This document shows, piece after piece, positions 18,468-28,143 of a DNA stretch of 64,000 bases. Below the pieces are notes generated by a model. The model was given only the letters and a program-made list of their open reading frames with translations. It was not told where the DNA came from and searched no databases. A program made the position numbers and the translations under genes. Source of the stretch: an uncultured candidatus Brocadiaceae bacterium (GTDB lineage Bacteria > Planctomycetota > Brocadiia > SM23-32). Location of the stretch: positions 744-64,743 of the forward strand of contig CAYSWA010000011.1 in NCBI GenBank assembly GCA_964434535.1, written 5' to 3'. How positions within the stretch are numbered: position 1 is the stretch's first letter; each line of letters begins with the position of its first letter.

Positions 18468-20206
18468 AGACCGAGCTGACCGAGAACGCCCGCTACGTCC
18501 TGGAGAGCCGCTACCTGAAGAAGGACGCCGGCGGCGAGCTCGTCGAGAGCCCGGAGCAGATGTTCGCCCGCGTGGCGAGGAACGTCGCTTCGGCCGAAAC
18601 ACAGTACGAATCCGGCCCGAAGGCCGAGCAGGTCGAGGAGCAGTTCCTGGACGCCATGCTCTCTCTGGACTTCCTGCCCAACTCGCCCTGCCTGATGAAC
18701 GCCGGCCGGCAGCTCCAGCAGCTCTGCGCCTGCTTCGTGCTGGAGGTGCAGGACTCGATCGAGAGCATCTTCGAGGCGCTCAAGCACGCCGCCCGCATCC
18801 ACCAGAGCGGGGGCGGCACGGGCTTCTCCTTCTCGGCCCTCCGGCCGGAGGGCGCCTACGTCTCCACCTCCGGCGGCGAGGCGAGCGGGCCGGTCTCCTT
18901 CATCCGCATCTTCGACCAGGCCACCGAGGCGATCAACCAGGGCGGCTTCCGGCGCGGGGCGAACATGGCCGTCCTGCGCGTCGACCACCCCGACGTGCTC
19001 CAGTTCACCCGCGCCAAAAGCCAGGAAGGCGAGCTGGTCAACTTCAACATCTCCGTCGGCGCCACCGAGCGGTTCATGCGCGCCGTGCAGCAGGGCGGCA
19101 CCTATGAGCTGCTCGACCCGCACACCGGCACCGTCGCCGAGACCCTCCCCGCCGCCGAGGTCTTCGAGGCCATCGTCGAGAGCGCCTGGAAGAACGGCGA
19201 GCCGGGCCTGATCTTCCTGGACGTGATCAACGCGACGAACCCCACCCCGCAACTCGGCCGCATCGAGGCCACCAACCCCTGCGGCGAGGCGCCGCTGCTG
19301 CCCTTCGAGTCCTGCGTGCTCGGCTCGGTCAACCTCGCCCGCTGCCTCAGCGGCGAGCCGCCCCGGTGCGAGATCGGCTGGGAGAGGCTGCGCCGGCTCG
19401 TGCACCTCGGCGTGCGGTTCCTGGACGACGTGATCACGGTCACGCGCCACCCCCTGCCCCAGGTCGCCCGGATCACCGAGGCCAACCGCAAGATCGGCCT
19501 CGGGGTGATGGGTTTCGCCGACATGCTGATCCGCATGGGCATTGCCTACGACGAGGCGGAGGCCGTCTCGACCGGCGAAGAGGTCATGTCCTTCGTCTCG
19601 GCCGAAGCCGACCGCGCCTCCGAGCAGCTCGCCGCCGAGCGGGGCCCGTTCCCCAACTTCGCGATGAGCGCCCTGGCGGACCGGCACAGGCCCCTGCGCA
19701 ACGCCATCCGCACCACCATCGCCCCGACCGGCACCATCAGCATCATCGCCGGCTGCTCCGGCGGCATCGAGCCGATCTTCGCCGTCGCCTTCGAGCGCCG
19801 CGTGCTCGGCACCGTGCTGCGTGAGGCACAGCCCGACCTGAAGCCGCTCTGCGAGCGGGAGGGCTACGAGGTCCCCGACGAGCTGATGCAGAAGGTGGTC
19901 GAGACCGGGCTGGTGCGCCCGATCGAGCAGATGCCCGCCCTTGTGCGGCGGCTCTTCGTCACCGCCCGCGAAGTGCCGCCGATGCAGCACCTGCGCGTCC
20001 AGGCCGCCTTCCAGCGCCACACGGACAACGCCGTCTCGAAGACGCTGAACCTGCCGGCCGAGAGCACCGTGGAGGACGTGCGCGAGATCTACCTGAGGGC
20101 CTACGAGCTCGGCTGCAAGGGGATCACCGTCTACCGCGACCTGAGCCGCAAGTCGCAGGTCCTGGCGGTGGAGTGCTGCTCCCAGCGCGACGCCTGCGGG
20201 GACTGA
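18464..20206 (+). CDS. nrdJ: Adenosylcobalamin-dependent (class II) ribonucleotide reductase
   Basis: 580 aa; NPCGE active-site motif, SGGGTGFSFS, C-terminal YRDLSRKSQVLAVECC...C; class II RNR architecture. Confidence 0.9.
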   Translation: MKTELTENARYVLESRYLKKDAGGELVESPEQMFARVARNVASAETQYESGPKAEQVEEQFLDAMLSLDFLPNSPCLMNAGRQLQQLCACFVLEVQDSIESIFEALKHAARIHQSGGGTGFSFSALRPEGAYVSTSGGEASGPVSFIRIFDQATEAINQGGFRRGANMAVLRVDHPDVLQFTRAKSQEGELVNFNISVGATERFMRAVQQGGTYELLDPHTGTVAETLPAAEVFEAIVESAWKNGEPGLIFLDVINATNPTPQLGRIEATNPCGEAPLLPFESCVLGSVNLARCLSGEPPRCEIGWERLRRLVHLGVRFLDDVITVTRHPLPQVARITEANRKIGLGVMGFADMLIRMGIAYDEAEAVSTGEEVMSFVSAEADRASEQLAAERGPFPNFAMSALADRHRPLRNAIRTTIAPTGTISIIAGCSGGIEPIFAVAFERRVLGTVLREAQPDLKPLCEREGYEVPDELMQKVVETGLVRPIEQMPALVRRLFVTAREVPPMQHLRVQAAFQRHTDNAVSKTLNLPAESTVEDVREIYLRAYELGCKGITVYRDLSRKSQVLAVECCSQRDACGD

Positions 20207-20210
20207 CTCG

Positions 20211-22091
20211 TCAGCCCCGGGCGGGCGGCGGATGGGCGCGTTCCCGCTCGCGCTCGGCGGCCAGGACCACCTCGCGCAGGCCCTCGGCGCTGCGGGCGGC
20301 CATCCACTTCGCGTCGAAGCCGGGCGACTGCGTCACCTCGGCGACGGCCACCAGCGCTTGCAGGTAGAAGTCCTCTTCGTCGGGCGAGGCGGCGATGGCG
20401 AAGACGGCGCGGGCCGGCTCCTCGCCCTCGTCGAACTCGACGCCGTCCCGCGCGCGGGCCAGCACCACCTGGAGGCCCTCGACCTCGCCGGAGATCAGGT
20501 GCGGGACGGCCACCCCTGGCCGCACCACGGTCGAGGAGAGCCGCTCCCGCGCCTCCAGGTGCTCGTAGACGGCCTCGGCCGGCTCGCCCACGGCCGGCGC
20601 CAGGTTCTCGGCCAGCACGCGGAACAGCTCCCGCCGGTTCGCCCCGGGCGCCAGGTCCACGACCGGGCACTCCGCGACGAGCCGGTCGAAGCGGTCGCGC
20701 CGCACCGCGTCCCGCTCGCGCACGATGGCCGAGAGCTCGGCCTGGAGGTCGTGGTCGCCGAAGTCGGCCCGCGCGAGCCGCTCGGCCAGCAAAACGAGCG
20801 CCGATTCCCGCAGCACCCGCACCCGCGCGTAGCTGACGAACCAGAGGACGCCGAGCCCCAGTATGGACCCGGCCACGACGAGCGCCAGGCTGCCCAGCTC
20901 CACCAGCAGCAGCCCGTAGACGATGAGCCCCGCGACCTGCACCCACGGATACAGCGGCGCCCGCCAGGTGGGCCGGTAGGTGGGCACGCGGCTCTCGCGC
21001 ATGACGACGACCGCCAGCACCTCCAGCATCAGCAGCAGGATCAGCATCGCCGAGGCCGCCTTCACGAACAGCTCCAGGGGCAGCGCGACGATGGCGGCGG
21101 CCATGAAGGCCGCCGTGAAGAGCACGGCGCGCCTGGGGATCCCCCGCCGATCGACACGGGCAAGCGCTGTCGGCACCAGCTCGTCCTCGCCCATCGCCAT
21201 CAGCGTGCGGGAAGCGGTCAGGATGCCGGCGTTGCCGGTGGTCATGTAGGCGGCGAGCGCGGCGGCGCCCATCACGGCGGCTCCGGCCCCCGCCGCGAAG
21301 AGCCCGGCCGCCTGGGAGAGCGGGGCCAGCGTCCACTCGGCCGCCTCGGCGGGGAGCACGCCGACGGTCACCAGCACCACCGCCCCGTAGAGCACCGAGA
21401 CCACGCCGTAGGCGGCGAACATGCCCCAGATGAGGTCCCGCTTGGGGCGCTTCACCTCCTCGGCCAGGTTGGCGATCTGGGTTACCCCGCCGAAGGAGAT
21501 GAAGACCACGGCCGCCCCGGCCAGCACCTTGTTCCACCCGTGCGGGGCGAGCACGGCGAGGCGATCGGCCTGCACGCTGCCCGCCCCGAGGGCGACGTAA
21601 CCGCCGACCGCCAGCAACAGCCCCGCCACGAGCAGGTTCTGGAGCCGGCCCGCGTGGCGCGTGCCGAGCAGGTTGACCAGCGTGAAGACGAGGCAGGCGG
21701 CGCAGGCGACGCCCTTGACCTCCCAGTTGGTCAGCCCCGCCCCGGCCGGCAGGACATACGCGGCGAACGCGCCGATGCCGATCAGCGCGAAGGCGCCCTT
21801 GAAGGCGAGCGACGCCCAGTTCGCCACGCCGCCGATCATGCCCATCGTGGGCCCGAGGCTGCGGTCCACGTGGAAGTAGGTGCCGCCGGCCTTCGGCATG
21901 GCGGTCATCAGCTCCGCCTTGCTCAGCAGGCTCGGCAGCAGCAGGACGGCGGCCAGCAGGTACGAGATGAACACGGCCGGGCCGACCACGGCGAAGGCGA
22001 TCGCAGGCAGCACGAACAGGCCGGAGCTGATCATCGCCCCGGCCGCCATGGCGAATACGCCCGGCAGGCCCAGCTCGCGTTTCAGCGCCAC
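20211..22091 (-). CDS. APC-family amino acid/polyamine permease with C-terminal PTS EIIA(Ntr)-like regulatory domain
   Basis: The likely start is GTG 22091 (VALKRELGLPGVFAMAAGAMISSGLF) after GGGGGAGGG. About 12 TM helices, then a C-terminal PTS_EIIA_2-like domain (RPGVAVPHLISGEVEGLQVVLARARDGVEF...AVFAIAASPDEEDFYLQAL). The listed 849-aa ORF has a spurious Arg-rich extension. Confidence 0.8.
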   Translation of the reverse strand: MALKRELGLPGVFAMAAGAMISSGLFVLPAIAFAVVGPAVFISYLLAAVLLLPSLLSKAELMTAMPKAGGTYFHVDRSLGPTMGMIGGVANWASLAFKGAFALIGIGAFAAYVLPAGAGLTNWEVKGVACAACLVFTLVNLLGTRHAGRLQNLLVAGLLLAVGGYVALGAGSVQADRLAVLAPHGWNKVLAGAAVVFISFGGVTQIANLAEEVKRPKRDLIWGMFAAYGVVSVLYGAVVLVTVGVLPAEAAEWTLAPLSQAAGLFAAGAGAAVMGAAALAAYMTTGNAGILTASRTLMAMGEDELVPTALARVDRRGIPRRAVLFTAAFMAAAIVALPLELFVKAASAMLILLLMLEVLAVVVMRESRVPTYRPTWRAPLYPWVQVAGLIVYGLLLVELGSLALVVAGSILGLGVLWFVSYARVRVLRESALVLLAERLARADFGDHDLQAELSAIVRERDAVRRDRFDRLVAECPVVDLAPGANRRELFRVLAENLAPAVGEPAEAVYEHLEARERLSSTVVRPGVAVPHLISGEVEGLQVVLARARDGVEFDEGEEPARAVFAIAASPDEEDFYLQALVAVAEVTQSPGFDAKWMAARSAEGLREVVLAAERERERAHPPPARG

Positions 22092-22108
22092 ACTCCGCCC
22101 TCCCCCGG

Positions 22109-23068
22109 TCAACGCAGGCCGGCGCGCTCGACGATCTCGGGCACGGCCTCCTCCCACTCGATCGCCTGGATGTGCACCCCGCGCACGCCCTCGATCTCCC
22201 GTAGCTGTCGGATCAGCTCGACGGCTACCTCCTTGCCGACCTCCAGCCCCCGCCGCCGTGCCTCGCGCTTCTCCTCGGCCGAAGCGCCCTTCCCCACCGA
22301 GGGGAAGCGCGCAATCAGGCTCTCGGGCACGTGGACGCCCGGCACCCTGGCGTCCATGTAGCGGAGCATGGCGGCGCCCTTGGGCACGATGACGGCCGGC
22401 AGGATGGCCGCCCGCTCGTGCAGGCCGCGCGCGCGCGCCTCCCGCATCACCTCGGCGAACCGGGCCACGTCGTAGACGCCCTGCGTCTGGATGAAGTCGG
22501 CGCCGGCGGCGATCTTCTTGGCCAGGCGCATCACGCGGAACTCGACCGGATCGGCCAGGGGTGTCCAGGCGGCGCCGATGAAAAGGCGCGGCGGCGGATC
22601 GACCGGGTCGCCGCCCTCCTGGAGCCCCTCGTCGCGCATACGCCGCAGGATCGAAACGAGCTGGATCGAGTCGACGTCGTAGACGTTCTTCGCGCCGGGA
22701 TGGCCCGCGCGAGGTCCGGAGGCGCCGAAGGACTGGTGGTCGCCCGCCACGCAGAGGCAATTGCGCACTCCCAGCGCCGCCGCACCGAGCAGGTCCGACT
22801 GGATGGCGATGCGGTTGCGGTCGCGCGTGGTCACCTGCAAGACCGGCTCCAGGCCGCCCTCGATCAGGATGGCGGCGGCGGCCACCGAGCAGAGGCGGAC
22901 CACGGCGGTCTGGCAGTCGGTGATGTTGAAGGCGTCGGCCGCACCGCGCAGCGTCTCCATCTTGCGGCGCACGGCCTCCGCGTCGGCGCCCATCGGGGGC
23001 CCCAGCTCGGCGGTCACGGCGAAGCGGCCGGCCGCCAGGACGTTCTCCAGGTTGCTTTCGCTCTTCAC
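22109..23068 (-). CDS. metF: 5,10-methylenetetrahydrofolate reductase, MetF subunit (acetogen/MetVF type)
   Basis: Start GTG 23068 (VKSESNLENVLAAGRFAVTAELGPP...) overlapping the metV stop (GTGA). TIM-barrel MTHFR motifs. The listed 536-aa ORF has an Arg/Pro-rich N-terminal artifact. Confidence 0.85.
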   Translation of the reverse strand: MKSESNLENVLAAGRFAVTAELGPPMGADAEAVRRKMETLRGAADAFNITDCQTAVVRLCSVAAAAILIEGGLEPVLQVTTRDRNRIAIQSDLLGAAALGVRNCLCVAGDHQSFGASGPRAGHPGAKNVYDVDSIQLVSILRRMRDEGLQEGGDPVDPPPRLFIGAAWTPLADPVEFRVMRLAKKIAAGADFIQTQGVYDVARFAEVMREARARGLHERAAILPAVIVPKGAAMLRYMDARVPGVHVPESLIARFPSVGKGASAEEKREARRRGLEVGKEVAVELIRQLREIEGVRGVHIQAIEWEEAVPEIVERAGLR

Positions 23069-23772
23069 CGGGCCGCCTCCGGGCCGCCGTCGCGGGCGAT
23101 CTTCAGGTCCTCGCGCACCCGCCGGCGCGGGCCGCCGTGGCGGGCGGGCGACCAGTCCTTCGGCGCCAGCACCTCCTCCAGCCGCTCCAGCGTGCCGAGC
23201 CGGCGGCAGCGCTCGATGATCTCCACCCAGACGCACGGCACCGGCCGCTCGGGCGTGCTGATCTCGCACATGCCGTCCCGCACCCCGCCGCACGGGCCGT
23301 TCATGATCGCCTTTGCGCAACGCGCGATCGGGCAGAGCCCGCCGGTCAGGTCCACGATGCAGCGCCCGCAGCCGGCGCAGGTCTCCTTCCACTCGCCGTG
23401 CTCGACCGTGGCGCCCATGAACGTGGTGTCGACGCCGGGGTAGACGGGCACGGGGCAGCCGGCGTCGACCAGGAAGTTCGGCCCCACGCCGCAGGCGAGC
23501 GAGACAATCGCGTCGACGCCGTCCAGGCCGTCCAGGATCGGCTCGACGAACTCCGGCTCGCACTGGCGGCGCACGGTGTTTTCCACGAACTCGATCTCGC
23601 GCCCCTCGGCTGCGGCTTTCAGGCGGAGGGACTGCGCGAGGACGGCGACCTCCTTCTCCCCGCCGACCTGGCAGACCGTGACGCACTCGCCGCAGCCGAG
23701 CACGAGCACCCGGCGGCACTCGGCGATGAAGCCGAAGATCTCGCTCAGCGGTTTCCGGTCGGCCACGATCAT
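23065..23772 (-). CDS. metV: MetV-like MTHFR small subunit (MTHFR_C zinc-ribbon domain protein)
   Basis: 235 aa with Cys clusters (CGECVTVC, CAGCGRC, CPIARC, NGPCGG...C) typical of MetV partners of MetF. Confidence 0.8.
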   Translation of the reverse strand: MIVADRKPLSEIFGFIAECRRVLVLGCGECVTVCQVGGEKEVAVLAQSLRLKAAAEGREIEFVENTVRRQCEPEFVEPILDGLDGVDAIVSLACGVGPNFLVDAGCPVPVYPGVDTTFMGATVEHGEWKETCAGCGRCIVDLTGGLCPIARCAKAIMNGPCGGVRDGMCEISTPERPVPCVWVEIIERCRRLGTLERLEEVLAPKDWSPARHGGPRRRVREDLKIARDGGPEAAR

Positions 23773-23791
23773 GGGCTCTGCTCCCTGGTGC

Positions 23792-25774
23792 TCAGATCAG
23801 CGTGAGGCGCTCGCCGCCGATGCCGGCGGCCGCGAGTAGCTGACGCGTGCGCGCCACACGCTTCTCCAGGCGGCCGTCGGCGCCCCGGTATGCGCACTCG
23901 GCGCAGCGCCGCACGATGACGGTCCGCGCGCCGAGCTCGAACGCCTTCATCATGTCGACCTCGTCGGCGAGCGCCGCGCAGGGCACGGGCACGCGCCCGA
24001 CCACCTCGCCGTTGAGCGGCATGACGCGGTCCACCAGGTCGGCGCGCGTCTCGGCGTCCTGCGCGCAGACGATCTCCAGTCGCGTGACCGGCTGCGAGGC
24101 GTTCTCCATCAGCGCCCTGATCCGTCCGGCGAACTCGCCGACCGAATAGCGCTTGATCGAGATCGCGCAGGCCGGGCATTCCGTCGCGCAAAGGCCGCAG
24201 GCCTGGCAGAGCTCCGAGAACATCCGCGCCGTCTCGTCCACCACGGGCACGCCGAACGGGCAGACGCGCAGGCAGGTGAGGCAGGCGTCGCACTTCGCCT
24301 CGTCCACCTCCGCGCCGGCCGTGCACGAGAGGCAGCGGAACGCCTCGCGGATCGCGTCGCGCTCCTCGTAGACGCCCTCGAACTGGGCGAAGCTGCGCCG
24401 GCGTTCCTCGGGCGGCACGGTCGGCACGGCGACCCGCTCGATGCGGCGCACCTGCTCGGCGATCTCCTGCGGAAGTTCGTCCACTTCGCGCAGCGGCGGC
24501 TCCTCGGGGGCCTGGATGCGGCCGGTTCCCAGGTAGGCGAGCGCGGCGAGCGCGGCGCGGTGGCCGCCGGCGACGGCCTCGACGGCGCTGCCCGGCCCGG
24601 TCACCACCTCGCCGCAGGCGAAGACGCCCCGCGTCGAGGTCGTCATCGTCTCGGGGTCGAACGCCAGCAGGCCCTCCTCGGTCAGCTCCAGCCCCCCCTC
24701 GCGGGCGAAGCCGAGCTCCGCACGCTGCCCGACCGCCACGATCACCATCCGGCCCTCGACCGTGCTGAGGCAGTCGCTGAAGTAGCTCGGGCGGAAGCGG
24801 CCCTCCTCGTCGAAGACGCGCTCTACCTCGCGCACCACCAGCCCGCGCACCTCGCCGCCCTCCACGATCACGTCGGTGGGCCCGCGCCGGTGCACGATCT
24901 CGATCCCCTCTTCCAGCGCCTCGCGGCACTCCCAGTCCCAGGCCGGCATCTCCTCGGCGCTCTCCAGGCAGACCATCCGGACCACCTCCGCGCCGAGCCG
25001 CACGGCGGTGCGCGCCGCGTCGACCGCCACGTTGCCGCCGCCGATCACGATCACCTCGTCCGGCACATCGACCGGCCGCCGGGCCGCCGTTGCGGCCAGG
25101 AACGGCAGCGCCGGCACCACGTCCGGGTGGTCCGCGCCTGTCATGGGCAGCTCCCGGCTCACGCAGCGGCCCGTGGCGAGCACCACCGCCTCGTGGCGCG
25201 CCCGCAGCTCCTCCAGACTCACGTCCTCGCCGACGACGACCCCCGTGCGCAACTCCACCCCGAGCGCCAGGATGTCGTCCAGGTCCTGCTGGAGCGCCTC
25301 TTCGGGCAGTCGGTAGCGCGGCGTCGCCCAGGCCAGCAGCCCGCCGGGGCGCGAGTGCGCCTCGTAGACGGTCACCGCGTAGCCCCGCCGGACCAGGTCG
25401 TGCGCGGCGGTCAGCCCCGACGGCCCCGCCCCGACCACACCGACCGTCTCGGCCTGGGTGATGGTGGCCGGCCGGCGCGTGCGGCGGCGGTGCTCGACGG
25501 TCTGCTCGACGACGAACCGCTTCAGGTGACGCAGCGCCACGGGATCGTCCACCTCCGCCCGCCGGCAGGCCTGCTCGCACGGGTGATGGCAGATCAGGCT
25601 GCAGACGGACGGGAAGGGGTTGAACTCGCGGATCTTCTCCAGCGCCTCCTCGTAGCGGCCCTGCGTGATCAGCTCGACGTAAGCGCGGGTGTCGGTGTGC
25701 ACCGGGCAGGCGGCGCTGCACGTGGGGCAGAGCTGGACTGCGGCGTCGCGGCCTGTCGGGGTGAAGCGGCTCAC
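23792..25774 (-). CDS. HdrA/GltD-like NAD(P)H-flavin oxidoreductase fused to 2x[4Fe-4S] ferredoxin and MvhD-like domain
   Basis: 660 aa with four parts. N-terminal Cys motif: CPTCSAACP...CHHPCEQAC. Two dinucleotide-binding folds: GVVGAGPSGLTAAH and VIVIGGGNVAVDAA. Two 4Fe-4S clusters: CLSCTAGAE...CDACLTCLRVCP and CQACGLCATECPAC. C-terminal MvhD/FlpD-like domain: IVCAQD...PVPCAAL...VRRCAECAYRGADG. Confidence 0.8.
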   Translation of the reverse strand: MSRFTPTGRDAAVQLCPTCSAACPVHTDTRAYVELITQGRYEEALEKIREFNPFPSVCSLICHHPCEQACRRAEVDDPVALRHLKRFVVEQTVEHRRRTRRPATITQAETVGVVGAGPSGLTAAHDLVRRGYAVTVYEAHSRPGGLLAWATPRYRLPEEALQQDLDDILALGVELRTGVVVGEDVSLEELRARHEAVVLATGRCVSRELPMTGADHPDVVPALPFLAATAARRPVDVPDEVIVIGGGNVAVDAARTAVRLGAEVVRMVCLESAEEMPAWDWECREALEEGIEIVHRRGPTDVIVEGGEVRGLVVREVERVFDEEGRFRPSYFSDCLSTVEGRMVIVAVGQRAELGFAREGGLELTEEGLLAFDPETMTTSTRGVFACGEVVTGPGSAVEAVAGGHRAALAALAYLGTGRIQAPEEPPLREVDELPQEIAEQVRRIERVAVPTVPPEERRRSFAQFEGVYEERDAIREAFRCLSCTAGAEVDEAKCDACLTCLRVCPFGVPVVDETARMFSELCQACGLCATECPACAISIKRYSVGEFAGRIRALMENASQPVTRLEIVCAQDAETRADLVDRVMPLNGEVVGRVPVPCAALADEVDMMKAFELGARTVIVRRCAECAYRGADGRLEKRVARTRQLLAAAGIGGERLTLI

Positions 25775-25880
25775 GGCGAATCGTCTCCCAGGGCGCGGGG
25801 CTGCGCATACTGACGCAGACGGGGAACCCCCGGCTCTCCCGCCTGCACTCCATCGTACTGCGGCGCCCGGTTGGAATCAA

Positions 25881-26765
25881 TCAAGGGGCGGTTGACTGGC
25901 CGGCGCGCGCGGCGTAGAGGCGCTGAAGGCGGCCGGTCAGTTGTGCCCCGAAGCGCGCCTCCGGCAGGTCGAGCACGCGCCCGACCGGCATGAGCCCGCG
26001 CAGCGAGTTGGTGCAGAACGCCTCGTCGGCCTCCGCAAGGTCCGATTCGGCGTACTCGCCGGGCTCCGCCGGGATGCCCTCTTCAGCGCAGAGCTCCAGC
26101 ACGACGGCCCGTGTGACACCCGGCAGCAGCCCGCACGCCACGTGCGGGGTGTGCACGGCGCCGCCCCGCACCAGAAACAGGTTGCTGATCGCCCCCTCGG
26201 CCAGGTGGCCGCGCGAGTTGAGGAAGTAGACCTCGTCTGCCCCTCTGCCACGCCCCTCGGCGAGCGCGAGCACGTTGGCGCCGTAGCTGAGGCTCTTGTG
26301 CGCCACGAGCGGCGAGCCCTCGTGGCGGCGCCAGGGCGAGCGGGCGAGCGTGACCGGCTCGGGCGCTTCGAGCGGCGGCAGGTCCGTCGGCCGGGCCTCG
26401 ATGAAGACGGTCGGCTCGCGCGCTTCCAGCTCGCTCAGTCGCCCCGCGTAAGGCCCCCGGCTCACGGTGATGCGCAGGTAGCCCTCGTCCACGCCGTTCG
26501 CGCCGATCAGCCGCCGGACGGCGTCCGACAGCTCGTCGCAATCCATCCCCCGCCCGAAGCCCGTCTCCCGACACGAGGCGGCGAGCCGCTCCAGGTGCCG
26601 CTCCAGGAAGAGCGCCGTCCCGCCCATCACCCGCGTCGTCTCGAAGACGCCGTCCCCGTAGAGGAATCCCCGGTCCAGCGGGCTGATGCGCGCCTCCTCG
26701 CGCGGCACGATCCGCCCGTTCAGGTAGACACTCAGCGAGCCGCTCGGCCTCTCAGGGCTGCCCAT
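25881..26765 (-). CDS. pabC: Aminodeoxychorismate lyase (class IV aminotransferase fold)
   Basis: 294 aa; class-IV PLP fold motifs (FLYGDGVFET, EGAISNLFLV); overlaps the pabB stop by 14 nt. Confidence 0.75.
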   Translation of the reverse strand: MGSPERPSGSLSVYLNGRIVPREEARISPLDRGFLYGDGVFETTRVMGGTALFLERHLERLAASCRETGFGRGMDCDELSDAVRRLIGANGVDEGYLRITVSRGPYAGRLSELEAREPTVFIEARPTDLPPLEAPEPVTLARSPWRRHEGSPLVAHKSLSYGANVLALAEGRGRGADEVYFLNSRGHLAEGAISNLFLVRGGAVHTPHVACGLLPGVTRAVVLELCAEEGIPAEPGEYAESDLAEADEAFCTNSLRGLMPVGRVLDLPEARFGAQLTGRLQRLYAARAGQSTAP

Positions 26766-28143
26766 GGAGCACGTCCTCCATGATCCGCTCGTAGTTCGGA
26801 GCGTTCATCGCGCGGAAGAGCGCCTCGCCCTTGTGGAGCGTCTCGGCGTATTCGAGCTCGGGTTCGGAGTCAGCCACGATGCCGCCGCCGACCTGCGCGT
26901 AGGCCCGCCCGCCGGCGCGCACGATCGTGCGGATGGCGATGTTCAGGTCCATGCGCCCGTGGAACGAGACGTAGCCGATCGCGCCGGTGTAGACGCCGCG
27001 CGCGTGCGGCTCCAGCTCCTCGATGATCTCCATGGCGCGGATCTTCGGCGCCCCCGTGATCGAGCCGCCGGGGAAGGCCGCCCGCAGCAGCGTAAGCTCG
27101 TCCTCACGCGGGCGATACAGCCGCCCGCTCACCGTCGAGACCAGGTGGTGGACGGTCGAATACTCCTCGATGGCGGCGTGCTCGGCGACGGCGACCGTGC
27201 CGTAGTCGCAGACGCGGCCCAGGTCGTTGCGCTCCAGGTCCACGATCATGGCCAGCTCGGCGTGGTCCTTGGCGCTGGCGCGCAGCTCCTCGCGCATGCG
27301 GCGGTTGAACGCCTCGTCGCCCTCGCGCCGCGGGCGGGTGCCCTTGATCGGACGGGTGGTGACGCGGTCGCCCTCGACCAGCAGGAACCGCTCGGGCGAG
27401 GACGAGATCACCTCCAGCTCCGGGTAGCGCAGGTAGGCGGCGAACGGGGCGGGGTTCAGCGCGCGGAGGCGCGAGTAGACGGCCAGGCCGTCCGAGGGGC
27501 ACTCGCCGGCGAAGCGCTGCGAGAGGTTGACCTGGAAGATGTCGCCGGCGGCGATGTACTCGCGGGCGCGGCGCACGGCGCGCAGGTAGCCCTCGCGGGT
27601 GAAGTTCGAGCCCAGCTCGACCGGGGCCACGTCGAGGGCGGCTTCAGAAGCGGCGGGGCTGGGAACGTCCGGCTCGGCGCCGTCGGGGCCGACCCACTCG
27701 GTGACGGCGCGCCGGTGGTCGAAGACGAGCGCGCGGTCGTAGAGGGCGAGGTCGAACTCGGGCACGTCGAGGTCGTATTCGCAACGTCGGGGGAGGCGTT
27801 CGACGCGGTGGCGCAGGTCGTAGGAGAAGTAGCCGACCGCCCCGCCGGCGAAGGGGAGGTCGAAGTCGTCGGGCAAGCGGAGCCGGTACCGGTCGAAGGC
27901 GCGGGAGAGCGCGCGGAAGGGATTGCCGGTCAGGCGCCGGCGCGCGCCGGCCCGGAGATCATGGAAGTAGACGCGCCCGCCCCGGCAGGTGAGCCGCGCG
28001 AAGGGGTCGTAGCAGAGGATGGACCACCGGCCGAGCGGCGTGCCGACCTGCGCGCTCTCCAAGAGCGCGGGAAAGGGCCGGCCCGCCGCCCCCCGCAGAT
28101 AGGCAAACGGCCGGCAGGTGTCTTCGATAGTCCGCCGCTGCAC
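26752..28143 (-). CDS. pabB: Aminodeoxychorismate synthase component I (anthranilate synthase component I family)
   Basis: 463 aa; chorismate-binding enzyme motifs (SSSPERFL, PKIRAMEIIEELEP, GGSITGAPK). Confidence 0.85.
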   Translation of the reverse strand: MQRRTIEDTCRPFAYLRGAAGRPFPALLESAQVGTPLGRWSILCYDPFARLTCRGGRVYFHDLRAGARRRLTGNPFRALSRAFDRYRLRLPDDFDLPFAGGAVGYFSYDLRHRVERLPRRCEYDLDVPEFDLALYDRALVFDHRRAVTEWVGPDGAEPDVPSPAASEAALDVAPVELGSNFTREGYLRAVRRAREYIAAGDIFQVNLSQRFAGECPSDGLAVYSRLRALNPAPFAAYLRYPELEVISSSPERFLLVEGDRVTTRPIKGTRPRREGDEAFNRRMREELRASAKDHAELAMIVDLERNDLGRVCDYGTVAVAEHAAIEEYSTVHHLVSTVSGRLYRPREDELTLLRAAFPGGSITGAPKIRAMEIIEELEPHARGVYTGAIGYVSFHGRMDLNIAIRTIVRAGGRAYAQVGGGIVADSEPELEYAETLHKGEALFRAMNAPNYERIMEDVLHGQP

